A stretch of 64,000 nt of DNA from Alphaproteobacteria bacterium (GCA_017635595.1 JAGBLF010000023.1:8398-72397), one strand, 5' to 3'. Shown: positions 48,575 to 59,540, counted from the first letter of the stretch. Notes: generated from the sequence alone by a model not told the origin. Program-made: numbers and translations.

Positions 48575-48578
48575 TTAA

Positions 48579-48935
48579 TTACTCCCCACGCTCTGAAACA
48601 ACAACAGTCATTGAAGAAAACGGCTTTAAAATTCTGGCGCTTCTTCCGCGACCGCGTGCACTCATACGTTTCATAACAATGCCTTTACCGACATAAGCTT
48701 CGCTTACAACGAGCTTGTCAATATTCAGGCCGTGATTATTTTCAGCATTAGAAATTGCAGATTGCAACAAACCTAACGCTACTTTTGCGATTCTCTTCTT
48801 AGAAAAGCTTAATTCGGCTACTGCTTTTTCAGCACCTAAACCGCGAATAGTTTGAGCAACTAAGTTCAATTTACGCGGGCTGGTACGAATTGAGCGGCAA
48901 ACAGCCATTGCTTGTTTTGCATTATTCTTAGCCAT
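48579..48935 (-). CDS. rplV: 50S ribosomal protein L22
   Basis: [15 protein letters not shown]... Confidence 0.9.
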   Translation of the reverse strand: MAKNNAKQAMAVCRSIRTSPRKLNLVAQTIRGLGAEKAVAELSFSKKRIAKVALGLLQSAISNAENNHGLNIDKLVVSEAYVGKGIVMKRMSARGRGRSARILKPFSSMTVVVSERGE

Positions 48936-48937
48936 AA

Positions 48938-49219
48938 TTAACCTCTCTTCGCTGTTTCTTTAGTATGGCCCAAGAATGTACGTGTCGGAGCAAATTCACC
49001 GAATTTGTGACCAACCATATCTTCCGTAACCAATACCGGAATAAACTTGTGACCATTGTGAACGCCGAATGTCAAACCGACAAATTGCGGCAACATTGTT
49101 GAACGGCGAGACCAAATTTTAATCACTTCATTACGACTAGAATTTCTAGCAGCTTCAGCTTTCTTCAAGAGATAGCTATCAACAAAAGGTCCTTTCCATA
49201 CAGAACGAGTCATTAGCAT
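48938..49219 (-). CDS. rpsS: 30S ribosomal protein S19
   Basis: [10 protein letters not shown]...[16 protein letters not shown]. Confidence 0.92.
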   Translation of the reverse strand: MLMTRSVWKGPFVDSYLLKKAEAARNSSRNEVIKIWSRRSTMLPQFVGLTFGVHNGHKFIPVLVTEDMVGHKFGEFAPTRTFLGHTKETAKRG

Positions 49220-49228
49220 TTCTCCTTA

Positions 49229-50062
49229 TTAATTCTTGTTATCATGACGAGATCTCATAATAAAGCGATCTGTCTTCTTGTTAGAACGTGTCTTGGCACC
49301 CTTAGTCGGTTTGCCCCATGGTGTAACCGGATGACGACCGCCGGATGTGCGACCTTCACCACCACCTAACGGGTGATCAACCGGGTTCATAGCAACACCG
49401 CGTGTTACCGGACGTTTACCCATCCAACGTTTGCGGCCGGCTTTACCGAAGGAAACGTTTTGATTATCAGGGTTAGATACGGCACCAACGGTAGCCAAGC
49501 ATTCCTCACGAACGATTCTTAACTCGCCGGAGTTTAATTTTAATTGAACATAACCGGCATCTTTACCGACAACTTGAGCATAGCAACCGGCCGAACGGAC
49601 TAATTGACCGCCCTTGCCTGCGCGCAATTCAACGTTGTGTACGATTGTACCAACCGGCATATTCTTCAAAGGCATAGCATTACCCGGCTTAATATCAGCT
49701 CTGTCAGCTGAAATGATTTTATCGCCGGCTTTCAGTCTTTGCGGAGCCAAAATGTATGATTTGATACCGTCACTGTAGCTTACTAAAGCGATGAAAGCCG
49801 TACGGTTCGGATCATATTCGATTCTCTCGACTGTTGCCTCTACATCAAATTTATTACGTTTGAAGTCGATAATACGATAGCTGCGTTTATGACCGCCACC
49901 GATACGACGACTTGTTACGTGTCCAAAATTATCACGCCCACCTGTTTTGCTTAAACCTTTGGTTAAGCTCTTTTCAGGCTTGCCCTTGTATAACTCGCTT
50001 TTATCAACGAGAATCAGTTGGCGACGTCCTGCAGATGTGGGCTTATAAGTATTCAAAGCCAT
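49229..50062 (-). CDS. rplB: 50S ribosomal protein L2
   Basis: [15 protein letters not shown]... Confidence 0.92.
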   Translation of the reverse strand: MALNTYKPTSAGRRQLILVDKSELYKGKPEKSLTKGLSKTGGRDNFGHVTSRRIGGGHKRSYRIIDFKRNKFDVEATVERIEYDPNRTAFIALVSYSDGIKSYILAPQRLKAGDKIISADRADIKPGNAMPLKNMPVGTIVHNVELRAGKGGQLVRSAGCYAQVVGKDAGYVQLKLNSGELRIVREECLATVGAVSNPDNQNVSFGKAGRKRWMGKRPVTRGVAMNPVDHPLGGGEGRTSGGRHPVTPWGKPTKGAKTRSNKKTDRFIMRSRHDNKN

Positions 50063-50064
50063 GA

Positions 50065-50379
50065 TTAAATTCCTGTTGTAACATCAATGTTTTGACCATC
50101 GGCAAGAGTAATGATAGCCTTTTTGAAGTCAGAACGTTTGCCTTCATGACCTCTGAAGCTTTTTACCTTACCAAATTGTTTAATGGTATTTACCTTCTCT
50201 ACTTTTACGTTAAAGATGGCTTCTACGGCAGATTTAACATCATTTTTCGTAGCTGATAAAGGTACAATGAAGACCACTTTTCCAGCTTCGGATGAAACCA
50301 TAGATTTTTCGGTAATTACCGGACGAACCAATGTATCATACATTGCTGCAGTTACATTGTTTGATTTGCTCTTAGCCAT
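50065..50379 (-). CDS. rplW: 50S ribosomal protein L23
   Basis: [11 protein letters not shown]... Confidence 0.9.
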   Translation of the reverse strand: MAKSKSNNVTAAMYDTLVRPVITEKSMVSSEAGKVVFIVPLSATKNDVKSAVEAIFNVKVEKVNTIKQFGKVKSFRGHEGKRSDFKKAIITLADGQNIDVTTGI

Positions 50380-51016
50380 TTAATCTCTCCTCTAAGCAAC
50401 TTACTGCATCTTTTGTTAATACCAATTTGTCCTTTCTTAAGATGTCATAAACATTAGCACCGATTGAAGGTAATACATCTACACCTGCAATATTACGGCT
50501 TGCCAATGCAAAATTGACATCAACTTCCTTACCGTCAATGAATAAGCAGTTTGACAATCCGCAAGCAGCCAATTTGTTTTTCAAATCTTTTGTTTTCGGA
50601 TCAGACAGCTTTGCCTCATCAATGATGATAAGATTACCCTCTTTCGCTTTAGCGGAAAGAGCCGTTTTCAGACCGAGTCTTCTAAATTTTTTAGTCAGAT
50701 CGAAAGAATGATCTCTTACAACCGGACCAAATACAACGCCGCCTTTTCTGAATTGAGCGCCCTTACGAGAACCCTGACGTGCATTACCCGAACCTTTTTG
50801 TTTGAACGGTTTTGCTGCTGTCAGAGCTACATCGGAACGACCTTTGGTAGCGTGATTACCGCTTTGTAATTTAGCCAACTGCCATGTTACAACGCGTTGT
50901 AAAATATCAGCGCGAACTTCCAAACCGAAAATCGATTCGTTCAGCTCAATTGTGCCAACATTTTTATTTTCTAAATTTAAGATGTCCTGTTTCATTTTAT
51001 TTTCCTTAAACTTCAT
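50372..51016 (-). CDS. rplD: 50S ribosomal protein L4
   Basis: KPFKQKGSGNARQGS... Confidence 0.9.
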   Translation of the reverse strand: MKFKENKMKQDILNLENKNVGTIELNESIFGLEVRADILQRVVTWQLAKLQSGNHATKGRSDVALTAAKPFKQKGSGNARQGSRKGAQFRKGGVVFGPVVRDHSFDLTKKFRRLGLKTALSAKAKEGNLIIIDEAKLSDPKTKDLKNKLAACGLSNCLFIDGKEVDVNFALASRNIAGVDVLPSIGANVYDILRKDKLVLTKDAVSCLEERLNG

Positions 51017-51735
51017 TATGCATTTTCAACTGGAGCTTCAGTTGTTGCAACAGGTTCATCAACTTTTTTCAATCCGGCAGGCATCGGAAGTGCAACTGTT
51101 GCAGGCTTTTTAACGGCATCGGTAATTCTTACCCATGCGTTTTCACTGCCCGGAACACCGCCTTTAACCATAATCAAGCCTCTGTCGGCATCAATGGAAA
51201 CAACCTTCAAGTTTTGAACGGTTACACGTTCGCTACCCATATGGCCGGCCATCTTCTTACCTTTGAAGACTTTACCCGGATCTTGTCTTTGTCCTGTAGA
51301 ACCGTGAGAACGGTGAGAAATTGATACACCGTGCGTTGCTTCCAAACCGGCAAAGTTGTGACGCTTCATTACACCGGCAAAGCCTTTACCGATGGAGGTA
51401 GCGCAAACATCAACATACTGACCGGCAACAAAGTGTTCTACAGATAATTCTGCACCGACAGATAATAAGCAATCTTCAGAAACTCTGAATTCACCTAATT
51501 TTTTCTTCGGTTCAACTTTAGCCTTAGCAAAATATCCCTTTAACGGTTTGCTTACGTTTTTGGCTTTAATGGCACCTGTACCTAATTGTACAGCATTATA
51601 GCCGTCTTTTTCGGCAGTTTTAACATTAACTACCTGCAATCCTTCAACACTCAGAACAGTAACAGGAACATGAGTTCCATCTGCCTGAAAAATGCGGGAC
51701 ATTCCCAATTTTTTTGCGATTAGACCCGTACGCAT
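51016..51735 (-). CDS. rplC: 50S ribosomal protein L3
   Basis: [16 protein letters not shown]... Confidence 0.92.
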   Translation of the reverse strand: MRTGLIAKKLGMSRIFQADGTHVPVTVLSVEGLQVVNVKTAEKDGYNAVQLGTGAIKAKNVSKPLKGYFAKAKVEPKKKLGEFRVSEDCLLSVGAELSVEHFVAGQYVDVCATSIGKGFAGVMKRHNFAGLEATHGVSISHRSHGSTGQRQDPGKVFKGKKMAGHMGSERVTVQNLKVVSIDADRGLIMVKGGVPGSENAWVRITDAVKKPATVALPMPAGLKKVDEPVATTEAPVENA

Positions 51736-51797
51736 TATTATTTTTTCCTTTTCTTAATAGGTTGACAAGCTTTTAGAGCCGCCAACATTAATTGTTA

Positions 51798-52106
51798 TTA
51801 TAATTTAATTTCAACATTTACACCGGCAGCCAAATCAAGCTTCATTAAAGCATCAACAGTCTGCGGAGTCGGATCAACGATATCCAAAAGTCTTTTGTGA
51901 GTACGGATTTCGAACTGCTCACGAGACTTTTTATCTACGTGCGGAGAACGGTTTACCGTAAACTTTTCGATTTTATTTGGAAGAGGAATCGGGCCTCTTA
52001 CATTAGCGCCTGTTCTTTTGGCAGTATGAACGATCTCTGCAGTAGAAAGATCCAACAATCTGTGATCAAAAGCCTTCAGGCGGATTCTAATATTTTGTGT
52101 ATCCAT
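51798..52106 (-). CDS. rpsJ: 30S ribosomal protein S10
   Basis: [19 protein letters not shown]... Start at ATG 52106, preceded by AGGAAAAG. The ORF-track N-terminal extension is not supported. Confidence 0.92.
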   Translation of the reverse strand: MDTQNIRIRLKAFDHRLLDLSTAEIVHTAKRTGANVRGPIPLPNKIEKFTVNRSPHVDKKSREQFEIRTHKRLLDIVDPTPQTVDALMKLDLAAGVNVEIKL

Positions 52107-52511
52107 CTTAACACTTTTCCTATAACTAAACGGCAAAAACCACCTAATGGTAATCAATGCCATCTAAAATTTGTTAAACCACGCAAACACTTTCGCAACA
52201 AAGGTTTGCACTATATTTTATATTTGCTTCGCTGCGAGGTAAACCCTCTCAAAACAATTGTTGTAGCGCGCTTATAACATAACAGAAAATTAAATGCAAG
52301 CAAAAAATTCATATTTTTTTAAGAAAGGACAAATTTTTTTATTTGAGTCAATCACGAGTCTAAATTTTACTCTAAACCGCAGAAATGAGCCGATGCGATT
52401 CATACCAAAATCACGTATTTAATAAGATTATTCATTTTTTATTAAACTTTTGAGTTGCATTTTATATTTTGTTAGTATATAAGTACATAAAAAAACAACC
52501 GAATATATAAA

Positions 52512-52784
52512 ATGACGACATTTATCAATAAAGTAATTACCGTAAACAACAAAAAAACCAGTATGCGGCTGACCGTTCTTGAATGGAATATATTGGATTC
52601 GATTTGCCGTAATGAAAAAATCCGTCGCAAGACATTATTTGATCTTGTTGAACAAAACCGCTGTAACAACATCGGCTTAACGCCTGCTGTGCGTTTGTTC
52701 AGTTTGATGTATGTTTATACCTTCGGTAATCGCTTCACCGGTACAAACGATATATACAAAATTCTTAAATGCTTAAAAAAATAA
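52512..52784 (+). CDS. Small hypothetical protein, possibly ribbon-helix-helix DNA-binding
   Basis: 90 aa. A beta-strand (SMRLTVLEWNILDSICR) followed by a helix. A sigma70-like promoter lies upstream in the AT-rich spacer. Confidence 0.3.
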   Translation: MTTFINKVITVNNKKTSMRLTVLEWNILDSICRNEKIRRKTLFDLVEQNRCNNIGLTPAVRLFSLMYVYTFGNRFTGTNDIYKILKCLKK

Positions 52785-52801
52785 AGTTCCGAAATGGAAC
52801 C

Positions 52802-53536
52802 TTATACGCGTTCAAATTCAAAAAACACCGGTCTGCGACCTTCACGCACCGCTTTCCGCTGATACTTAGTCTCGAACCAATCGGCAGGCGGATTGCGCCA
52901 ATCATCCGATGTTTTTGCCGTCCACTTAAAATCAATATTTTGATGCATGGTATCCAGTGTCCATTTTTTATAAATCGGATGATCCGTAGCAATTTGCAAA
53001 ATACCGCCTTTTTTGATAATGCGCGCCAATTCACGCAAGTTATCAGGATTTACAAACCGACGGTTGGCATGACGTGTCTTCGGCCATGGGTCAGGAAACA
53101 GTAAAAATACCTTATCAAACGATGCTGCCGGCAAAGATGAAAACAATAAACGAACATCATCATCAAACACGCGCACGTTATCAACACGCCCTTCACTCAG
53201 AGATATATCCGTTTTCAAATCGTCATCATTGCCCTCTTTAACACCTGTCAACAAGCTGAGCAAATTAGCAACACCGTTTTTATAAACCTCAACTCCGATA
53301 AAGCCGTTTTCCGGTTGGCTCTTGGCAAGACCTGCCAAATGGTCACCGTCACCGAAACCTATTTCCAAACAATATTTTTGCTTAGCCTCAGCAAAACAAT
53401 TTTCCAATTTTAAATTATCTTTGGGTTTAATTAGAATACGAGGCAAAAAGTTATCTAAAAGAAAACTTTTTGCCTTGTGAATAGTGCGTCCCTGACGGCG
53501 TCCGAAAAACTTTGGTTTGTCTTGCAAATTAATCAT
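52802..53536 (-). CDS. trmB: tRNA (guanine-N7)-methyltransferase
   Basis: FFGRRQGR...LEIGFGDGDHL...FPDPWPK are TrmB hallmarks. Start placed at MINLQDKPKFFGRRQGR. Confidence 0.8.
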   Translation of the reverse strand: MINLQDKPKFFGRRQGRTIHKAKSFLLDNFLPRILIKPKDNLKLENCFAEAKQKYCLEIGFGDGDHLAGLAKSQPENGFIGVEVYKNGVANLLSLLTGVKEGNDDDLKTDISLSEGRVDNVRVFDDDVRLLFSSLPAASFDKVFLLFPDPWPKTRHANRRFVNPDNLRELARIIKKGGILQIATDHPIYKKWTLDTMHQNIDFKWTAKTSDDWRNPPADWFETKYQRKAVREGRRPVFFEFERV

Positions 53537-54032
53537 CGTCCTGATCTTCTTCATCAACTCTTGCCAAACCGGCAGTTGATTTTGACAGTGCAACGATTAA
53601 GTTAAACAGATTCTTGGCGACCGTGCGGTTTGGGATTTTATAATAGGCCCGAACCAGCTCAAGCGTTTCAGCTTTTTTCATCGGATCTTCGTCCAAACTA
53701 CGACGCCCTTCTTCCATGTAGTAGCCGTCTTCACCGGCATTAAGCATACGCGGACTTTGCTGAGCAACCGCAGCATCCATATCTTCAAAGAAGAAGCCCA
53801 TCGGAACTTCCAAAACGCGGCTGATATCCCACAAGCGGCTGGCGCCCACACGGTTCATACCTTTTTCGTACTTTTGAACTTGTTGGAATGTTAACCCGAG
53901 CATTTTAGCCATCTGCTGCTGCGTAATGTGCAAAATCGTACGGCGCAAACGGATTCTTTTACCAACATGCACATCTACCGGATTCGGCTCATTATCATCA
54001 ATGCGACCTCTGATAGAATTTTTTAGTCTCAT
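53529..54032 (-). CDS. XRE-family helix-turn-helix transcriptional regulator with acidic C-terminal tail
   Basis: HTH_XRE (IRLRRTILHITQQQMAKMLGLTFQQVQKYEKGMNRVGASRLWDISRVLEVPMGFFF). Start at ATG 54032, preceded by GAGGTG. Overlaps the trmB start. Confidence 0.65.
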   Translation of the reverse strand: MRLKNSIRGRIDDNEPNPVDVHVGKRIRLRRTILHITQQQMAKMLGLTFQQVQKYEKGMNRVGASRLWDISRVLEVPMGFFFEDMDAAVAQQSPRMLNAGEDGYYMEEGRRSLDEDPMKKAETLELVRAYYKIPNRTVAKNLFNLIVALSKSTAGLARVDEEDQDDD

Positions 54033-54255
54033 ATTACACCTCAAAATATATAGTTCTTTTAATGATATAGAATCAACATTAAAAATTGTCAATCGAAAAT
54101 TCGTACTAATGCCTGTTTTTTCGGATAATTTACCAAAATAAACATGACATAAAGTATATATATTATTATATAGTTATTCAAAACCTTTTTATTTAATAAA
54201 TTTTAAGACATACTGCTTAAACTGAATGCAAAAATAATTTAGTAAGGAGCAAAAA

Positions 54256-54570
54256 ATGAAAAAAATTTTACTTATTACCGCAATTTTAGCCCTCGGAGCC
54301 TGTTCTAATTTATCATCTTTTATGCCGTCATCATCAAGCAACGGAGAAACTTCCGGCGTTCGCGGCAAGATGCAGTCATGTATGTTAGCTGAAGCTCAAA
54401 GCCGTCTGCAAGCAGGTACATTGTTTAATGATACTGTTACGGCTACCGCAAAAGACATAGCCGGAACATGTGCTAAAAAATTGGCTCTGTCTTCTATGGG
54501 CATCAGCGAAGAAACTCAAAAGTCGGCCGAATCCATTATTACAAATTTGCGTAATATGTCGGCTCAATAG
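54256..54570 (+). CDS. Small lipoprotein (lipobox LALGAC)
   Basis: RBS AAGGAGCAAAAAATG. Signal peptide with lipobox Cys. Terminator follows. Confidence 0.5.
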   Translation: MKKILLITAILALGACSNLSSFMPSSSSNGETSGVRGKMQSCMLAEAQSRLQAGTLFNDTVTATAKDIAGTCAKKLALSSMGISEETQKSAESIITNLRNMSAQ

Positions 54571-54575
54571 TCATA

Positions 54576-54612
54576 ATACCGCATATAGCTAAGGCAATAT
54601 GCGGTATTATTA
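54576..54612 (+). terminator. Rho-independent terminator (ATACCGCATATAGCTAAGGCAATATGCGGTATTATT)
   Basis: 11-bp perfect stem. Confidence 0.5.
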
Positions 54613-54726
54613 TACCTATATACATATTATTAGATGTATTTTAAATATTTGATTTAAAAATAGTTGCTTTTATATATTTTCTGTTATATACTTTCTAAAT
54701 AACATAGGACTTTAGAAAGGAACTAA

Positions 54727-54864
54727 ATGACTGAAAATACAAATAAATATATGTTTGCTTGTCTTTCATTTATTATTTTGGCATATTTGATACACAAAAC
54801 AACCGTATTTTTGCTTTGGCACTTATCACTGCAATACATCGCCCTTCCTTATTTTTTAAATTAA
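54727..54864 (+). CDS. Possible small hydrophobic peptide (45 aa)
   Basis: RBS AAAGGAACTAAATG. MTENTNKYMFACLSFIILAYLIHKTTVFLLWHLSLQYIALPYFLN. Below the ORF-track length cutoff and speculative. Confidence 0.2.
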   Translation: MTENTNKYMFACLSFIILAYLIHKTTVFLLWHLSLQYIALPYFLN

Positions 54865-54922
54865 CAATAATGTAAAAATTTCTTTACATTTAAATTTTAA
54901 TCGCTATGATGACCATAATTTC

Positions 54923-54997
54923 AGTTCCGTGGTGAAACGGTTATCACGTATCCTTGACATGGATGAGTCGGCAGTTCAACTCTGCCCGGGACTACCA
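54923..54997 (+). tRNA. tRNA-Val (anticodon GAC), encoded CCA
   Basis: Acceptor AGTTCCG/CGGGACT. D-arm GTGA-AACGGTTA-TCAC. Anticodon stem TATCC/GGATG with loop TTGACAT. Variable loop AGTC. T-arm GGCAG-TTCAACT-CTGCC. Discriminator A plus CCA. Confidence 0.85.
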
Positions 54998-55100
54998 TTT
55001 TTCCCGTACATTACATTTCATTAAAATACTTCCGATTGGCATAATCGTCAATTGAAGAATATCTGCAACATTTTTGAACTTTACCATCCGGATACCGAGT

Positions 55101-55146
55101 AACAAAGAAACCTCTCTTATCGGCTGATAGGAGAGGTTTCTTTGTT
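55101..55146 (-). terminator. Long perfect hairpin (AACAAAGAAACCTCTC-TTATCGGCTGATAG-GAGAGGTTTCTTTGTT), terminator for the 55148-55549 gene; stem shares GAAACCTCTC with the 35.5-35.9 kb repeat units
   Basis: 16-bp perfect inverted repeat read directly from the sequence. Confidence 0.55.
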
Positions 55147-55147
55147 A

Positions 55148-55549
55148 TTATAAAGTTGTAACGGGAAGAATAAACAACATTCGACGACGTCCTTCTGCTT
55201 CTTCACCGCGCACCCAATATTCTCTGCTAAGGTTTCCGGTAACCAAACAGTCTCCGCGATCACATGCAAGCAATTGCATATTAACAGTTTCCAGATGACG
55301 TTCCAACATATCCAACTGTTTGCCTGTGGGGAGCGCATGCTTCAATTTTTCGCAAAAAGCCATGGCTGTTTCAAAGGTTACGGGATACCGTAGTAAAGAA
55401 TCTAAATCCAAGTAGAATCTTTTATTTAAGAGGATTCCTTTTTCCAATCCGTTTCGAGATGAAGATGAAAGCTCATTGTTTTTGAGCAAAAAACATCCCG
55501 CCATGCCGTTCTTGTCAATCGGCATTTTTTTAGATTTCGACTGTTTCAT
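55148..55549 (-). CDS. Hypothetical protein (133 aa)
   Basis: Intact ORF followed by a strong terminator. No recognisable motif. Confidence 0.4.
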   Translation of the reverse strand: MKQSKSKKMPIDKNGMAGCFLLKNNELSSSSRNGLEKGILLNKRFYLDLDSLLRYPVTFETAMAFCEKLKHALPTGKQLDMLERHLETVNMQLLACDRGDCLVTGNLSREYWVRGEEAEGRRRMLFILPVTTL

Positions 55550-55679
55550 ATGCTTATCTTAAAAATTGTTCGAATAATTAGTTTATTGCGGGCATTGTTA
55601 TTATGAAATTACTTGTTTGTCAACATAAAAAAATAAGCCCCGATAAAAATATCAGAGCTTATTATTTATTGTATAATCT

Positions 55680-57212
55680 CTATCTTCCGCGACTGCCGCC
55701 TCGAGGCAGATTAACGTTATTTCTTCTGCCGCCTGACGTTGCTTTCTTCTGAATTTTAACATTTCTTTCAACCGTCGTTTTTACTTTAGGCTTAATCACC
55801 GGCTTCGGCGATAAACGCATAACGGCATTTTTATACTCCGGTCTGTCCGGATTACGGTTCTGAGCCAATTTGTAATTCATCAACGCACGATCTTTATCGC
55901 CTTTTTGTTCATAAGCCAGACCGGCATTATAATTTGCCGCGGCATAAAATTCGGTTTCACCGGTATTTAATACTTTTCGGCATTCGGCAATACAATCGTC
56001 ATAATGTCCGAGATGATATTGGGTTATCGCCATATCGTTGTGAATATCCGCACCGTCAAACCCCTGATTTACAATACCCTGTAAAATTGCCAAGGTTCCT
56101 TCATAATCGGCAGAGGCATATTTTTCCATAGCTTTCTGATAGTCTTTATCGGCTTTAACTTCGGCATAATTTGCTGTTTGCGAATCATATTTGAGCAGAG
56201 CGTCTCGTGTATCGGCATCTTTAATTTCACTATTGATTATCTGGCGTACACTGCGCCCGCCTTTCGGCATATACTGTGTAATTTGGCGACATACTTTATC
56301 GGCTGGCGCCAGATTTCCCCGTGCTAAACCGTTGCGCATTTCTTCACATACGGCTGGATTAAGTTGAGTAACCGAAGTAACGTAATATGTATTGCCCTTG
56401 GAATTAATACCCTTTTTGACTTTCAGTTCGCCCATTTTACTGACATACCCGTTATGATTAAGATAAAACAGAGCTTCACTGGCATCCCTTTTAATTATAC
56501 CGTCTCTGAATTTAGCACCCGGTTGAAAACACATAATCTTATAAGCACACTTAACCGGATTTCTATAATTATCATGAACGTAACTGCAAACTTCAAGCCC
56601 GTACTTTTCACTGTTATATACACGAGAATATAATGCGGCAAACTCATTAATCTTTAATTCGCACCCTTTAAGTCTGTTATACATCGCCTTATAAATACGC
56701 CCGCCTTCACGATAGCGGCACCAACCGTCTGCAAGCTGTAACGCTTTATCCCCCGTTACTCTGAGTTTTTTATGCTGACGGGCATATTTACTTGTGGCAA
56801 CCCATCTCGAACTATAAGGATTTCCGTCAGCCGGATACCAGTAGCTTCCTAATCCGATGGTATTGCTGACTTTGCCTCCGTTATCCGAATAGGCATTCAA
56901 AACCAAAACTTCAGTCGGAAACATTGTAAGTTGCGCCAAAGGCAACGCATCTTCGTACAATTGTTTAAAACTGGCTTCATCGGTAATTTTGTAAGTTTTT
57001 GACAGTTTTTTGTTAAGCTCAGCCAACTCTTTCTTGGCTTGATAATCACTGTCTGAAAAATATTTTTGTGCAGCAAAGCGGCCCAAAAATCCGGTACCGA
57101 TTAATGCAGCTGTACCAAAAATTAACGCATTGTCGCGAATTTTGTCTATTATCCCGCTGCCGGGGTGTGATTTATCCTTTTTTCCTTTGTTAGGATATTT
57201 ACTATCAGCCAT
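55680..57212 (-). CDS. Membrane-anchored protein with central domain of unknown function and C-terminal TPR repeats plus basic tail
   Basis: N-terminal TM (ALIFGTAALIGTGFLGRFAA). TPR-like repeats (ITQYHLGHYDDCIAECRKVL, YNAGLAYEQKGDKDRALMNY). Gly/Arg-rich C-terminus. Confidence 0.45.
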   Translation of the reverse strand: MADSKYPNKGKKDKSHPGSGIIDKIRDNALIFGTAALIGTGFLGRFAAQKYFSDSDYQAKKELAELNKKLSKTYKITDEASFKQLYEDALPLAQLTMFPTEVLVLNAYSDNGGKVSNTIGLGSYWYPADGNPYSSRWVATSKYARQHKKLRVTGDKALQLADGWCRYREGGRIYKAMYNRLKGCELKINEFAALYSRVYNSEKYGLEVCSYVHDNYRNPVKCAYKIMCFQPGAKFRDGIIKRDASEALFYLNHNGYVSKMGELKVKKGINSKGNTYYVTSVTQLNPAVCEEMRNGLARGNLAPADKVCRQITQYMPKGGRSVRQIINSEIKDADTRDALLKYDSQTANYAEVKADKDYQKAMEKYASADYEGTLAILQGIVNQGFDGADIHNDMAITQYHLGHYDDCIAECRKVLNTGETEFYAAANYNAGLAYEQKGDKDRALMNYKLAQNRNPDRPEYKNAVMRLSPKPVIKPKVKTTVERNVKIQKKATSGGRRNNVNLPRGGSRGR

Positions 57213-57542
57213 ATTCTTCTCCTTCCGGACACATTATAGACTAAAATTAGTCAAAAATCAACATCTATTTTCAGTATTAAGATTTTTTTGATTGCACATT
57301 ACAACCGTTTGGATTATATTTTCTTTCACTTTTAACATTATTACATTTTAGAGCTTATGAACTTCCTTCAAAAACTTTTTCTCGCACAGAGAAAGAGTTT
57401 TTTTGATAAGAAGAACATTCTGCTTCAAATATATCTCTTTCTCCTTTGCATATTTCAAATTTTTTATTGCTTTTTTATGAATTTGAGTATGATTATAAAG
57501 AAAAGGATTTTGTTCAAAATTTATAACGTAAGGAATACGATA

Positions 57543-58235
57543 ATGAAAAAATATTTATGGCTGTTAATTTCATTTTTGATGATAGGTTTAACTGCATGCG
57601 GTAAAGAAGAACAAAGTGAAAAGGCACCGGAACGCGTCGGTATGGATACATCCGAGTATGATATTGAAGATGAAATTATCTATGTTAAAGTCTTAACCAA
57701 CACGCGACAATATATCGAAGAACAAATTTCCAAAGGCAATAAAGCTAACGGCTTGTTGCGCACGGCAACAGTTTACGGCAATATTGATTTGCTCAGTATC
57801 AAACAAGAGGTTATCAATCGTTTTAATGATGTTTCTCATAAAAATGATGAAGACCGAACATTATATGTCAGCGAGCCTTTTTTCGAAGCTGTCGGCAAAC
57901 TGAACCCTCAACACACCGATTATATTGATGCGCTGATTTTTCATAGCATTTTTAATCCGCAGCTGCAATTACCCGCAAATGAGAATCTCACTAAAGAACT
58001 TGAGGTTCTCGGTTTGGAAATAGCCGTTACACGTGCCGATGTTCCGTATTGGTTTACTGAAATTCGCAAATGTGTCGATAAAAAAATCGATACATCCAAA
58101 ATTAAATCGGCTGAAGATATTCCGGGAAACTCCTACGATATTATCAATGCTTGCTCTGACAATTATAACAGAGTAATTGAAGCAGAAACCGCGGCAATTT
58201 ACACCGATTTCAGCAATAAAGTCAAAAGCAAATAA
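57543..58235 (+). CDS. Lipoprotein (lipobox LTAC), hypothetical
   Basis: RBS AAGGAATACGATAATG. MKKYLWLLISFLMIGLTACGKEE. The ORF-track upstream extension lacks support. Confidence 0.55.
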   Translation: MKKYLWLLISFLMIGLTACGKEEQSEKAPERVGMDTSEYDIEDEIIYVKVLTNTRQYIEEQISKGNKANGLLRTATVYGNIDLLSIKQEVINRFNDVSHKNDEDRTLYVSEPFFEAVGKLNPQHTDYIDALIFHSIFNPQLQLPANENLTKELEVLGLEIAVTRADVPYWFTEIRKCVDKKIDTSKIKSAEDIPGNSYDIINACSDNYNRVIEAETAAIYTDFSNKVKSK

Positions 58236-58241
58236 TCTATT

Positions 58242-59528
58242 TCAGTATTGCTTCAAATCGTGTTGCCATCCCTTGGCAGCACGGTTTATTTTATCATCGT
58301 ATTTTGTTTTTATATCAGCCGGAAATGCAATTTTGCCGCATACAACCGATTTACCGGCTCTTCGGATTTCGGGAATCTCCCAAGCCTTATTTTCCAATTT
58401 ATAACGTGCCAAATCGGCAAACAAGCGCGCTTCCATATAGTCACCAAAAGCCGATTGCTTAACTTTCGGCACCGCCTTAAATCGATTTTGCAAATTCTTA
58501 AATAACGCAACGTGCTCCGGCAAAACATACCCTTCTCCCGCCAGTAAATCTTCAAAACTTCTGCGTACAATCGGGTTTTTCCACCCGCCGCCGAACAATA
58601 TTATTTGTGGAGGCAATATTATATCTTGCGGCACCAAAGCCAAAGCCTGTACGGCAATATAAGCTGCAAAATATTCAAACGTATGCACCGTATCGGCAAA
58701 ATTCAAATGACAATTTGCCGCCGCGGTAAATATTTCTTCTTTGTGGTAATATGCCGGATCACCCGATTTAGGTAAAGGGGTTTCATAATATGCGCGCCCG
58801 ATATCAAACAATGTTTGCAACAACTCTTTATTCAGTTCACCTGAATTGCCGAACATTCCGTCTCTATCAAAAGACTCATCCGTATAGCGGCGAATGTAAT
58901 TATCGATATATTCGTTAAAAGGGCCGGCATCGGCGCCCAACAGAGCCTTACCGTTTGATATAATCGCAAAATTCGACGTATTGCCGCCATTATAGTAACA
59001 CCCGTCTCCCTCGGTTGCGGCAATATGTGCATTATGCGGCGGCACCAGCGGTGCACCGTCAAAACCGGCTATCAGCGGATCGGAACGAAAGTCATATACG
59101 ACCGGAATCCCGGTTAAATCGGCAAGCATCTGACCGGACCCGATTTGCAATGTATACGGCTCACTACCGTCATTTTTTGCCTTTGACGGCGGATTATGGT
59201 CTAATGTTTTTCCGTGGAACCCGATGGCATCTATCGTTTTTTTATCGATATTGTTAACGGCACACATTTCATTGATACAATCGGCAATTTGCCGAATATA
59301 CATATCATGAATTTCCGAAAACGCGGCAATATCTTCTATTTCGGCTTTTGTTTTATTATAAACCGATGTGCGCAATTCTTCGACACGCTCCTGCATATCC
59401 TTTGAATACGGTTTGGTATAGGTGCAAATATCCTTCATCATATCACCTTTGAATTCGGTTAAAACCAAATCAATCGCATCCATCGAATTGCCTGTCATAT
59501 TGCCGATAATTTTGTATGATTTTACCAT
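58242..59528 (-). CDS. anmK: Anhydro-N-acetylmuramic acid kinase
   Basis: IIGNMTGNSMDAIDLVL resembles the AnmK N-terminus IGVMSGTSLDGVD. ASKH-fold ATPase motifs downstream. Confidence 0.65.
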   Translation of the reverse strand: MVKSYKIIGNMTGNSMDAIDLVLTEFKGDMMKDICTYTKPYSKDMQERVEELRTSVYNKTKAEIEDIAAFSEIHDMYIRQIADCINEMCAVNNIDKKTIDAIGFHGKTLDHNPPSKAKNDGSEPYTLQIGSGQMLADLTGIPVVYDFRSDPLIAGFDGAPLVPPHNAHIAATEGDGCYYNGGNTSNFAIISNGKALLGADAGPFNEYIDNYIRRYTDESFDRDGMFGNSGELNKELLQTLFDIGRAYYETPLPKSGDPAYYHKEEIFTAAANCHLNFADTVHTFEYFAAYIAVQALALVPQDIILPPQIILFGGGWKNPIVRRSFEDLLAGEGYVLPEHVALFKNLQNRFKAVPKVKQSAFGDYMEARLFADLARYKLENKAWEIPEIRRAGKSVVCGKIAFPADIKTKYDDKINRAAKGWQHDLKQY

Positions 59529-59540
59529 TATTTTCCCCAT

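Noticed and set aside
52107-52163. N-terminal extensions of ribosomal protein ORFs (rpsJ, rplF, rpsQ, rpoA) and of dapE, flotillin, anmK, the formylglutamate amidohydrolase and the lipoprotein 57357
   Set aside because: In each case an internal start codon with a good Shine-Dalgarno sequence gives the conserved family N-terminus. The extensions overlap neighbours or lack RBSs.
52170-52511. Possible tRNA or rRNA in the long AT-rich spacer upstream of rpsJ
   Set aside because: No cloverleaf can be folded. The region reads as divergent promoter DNA (A/T tracts with TTGAGT...TATATA-like elements).
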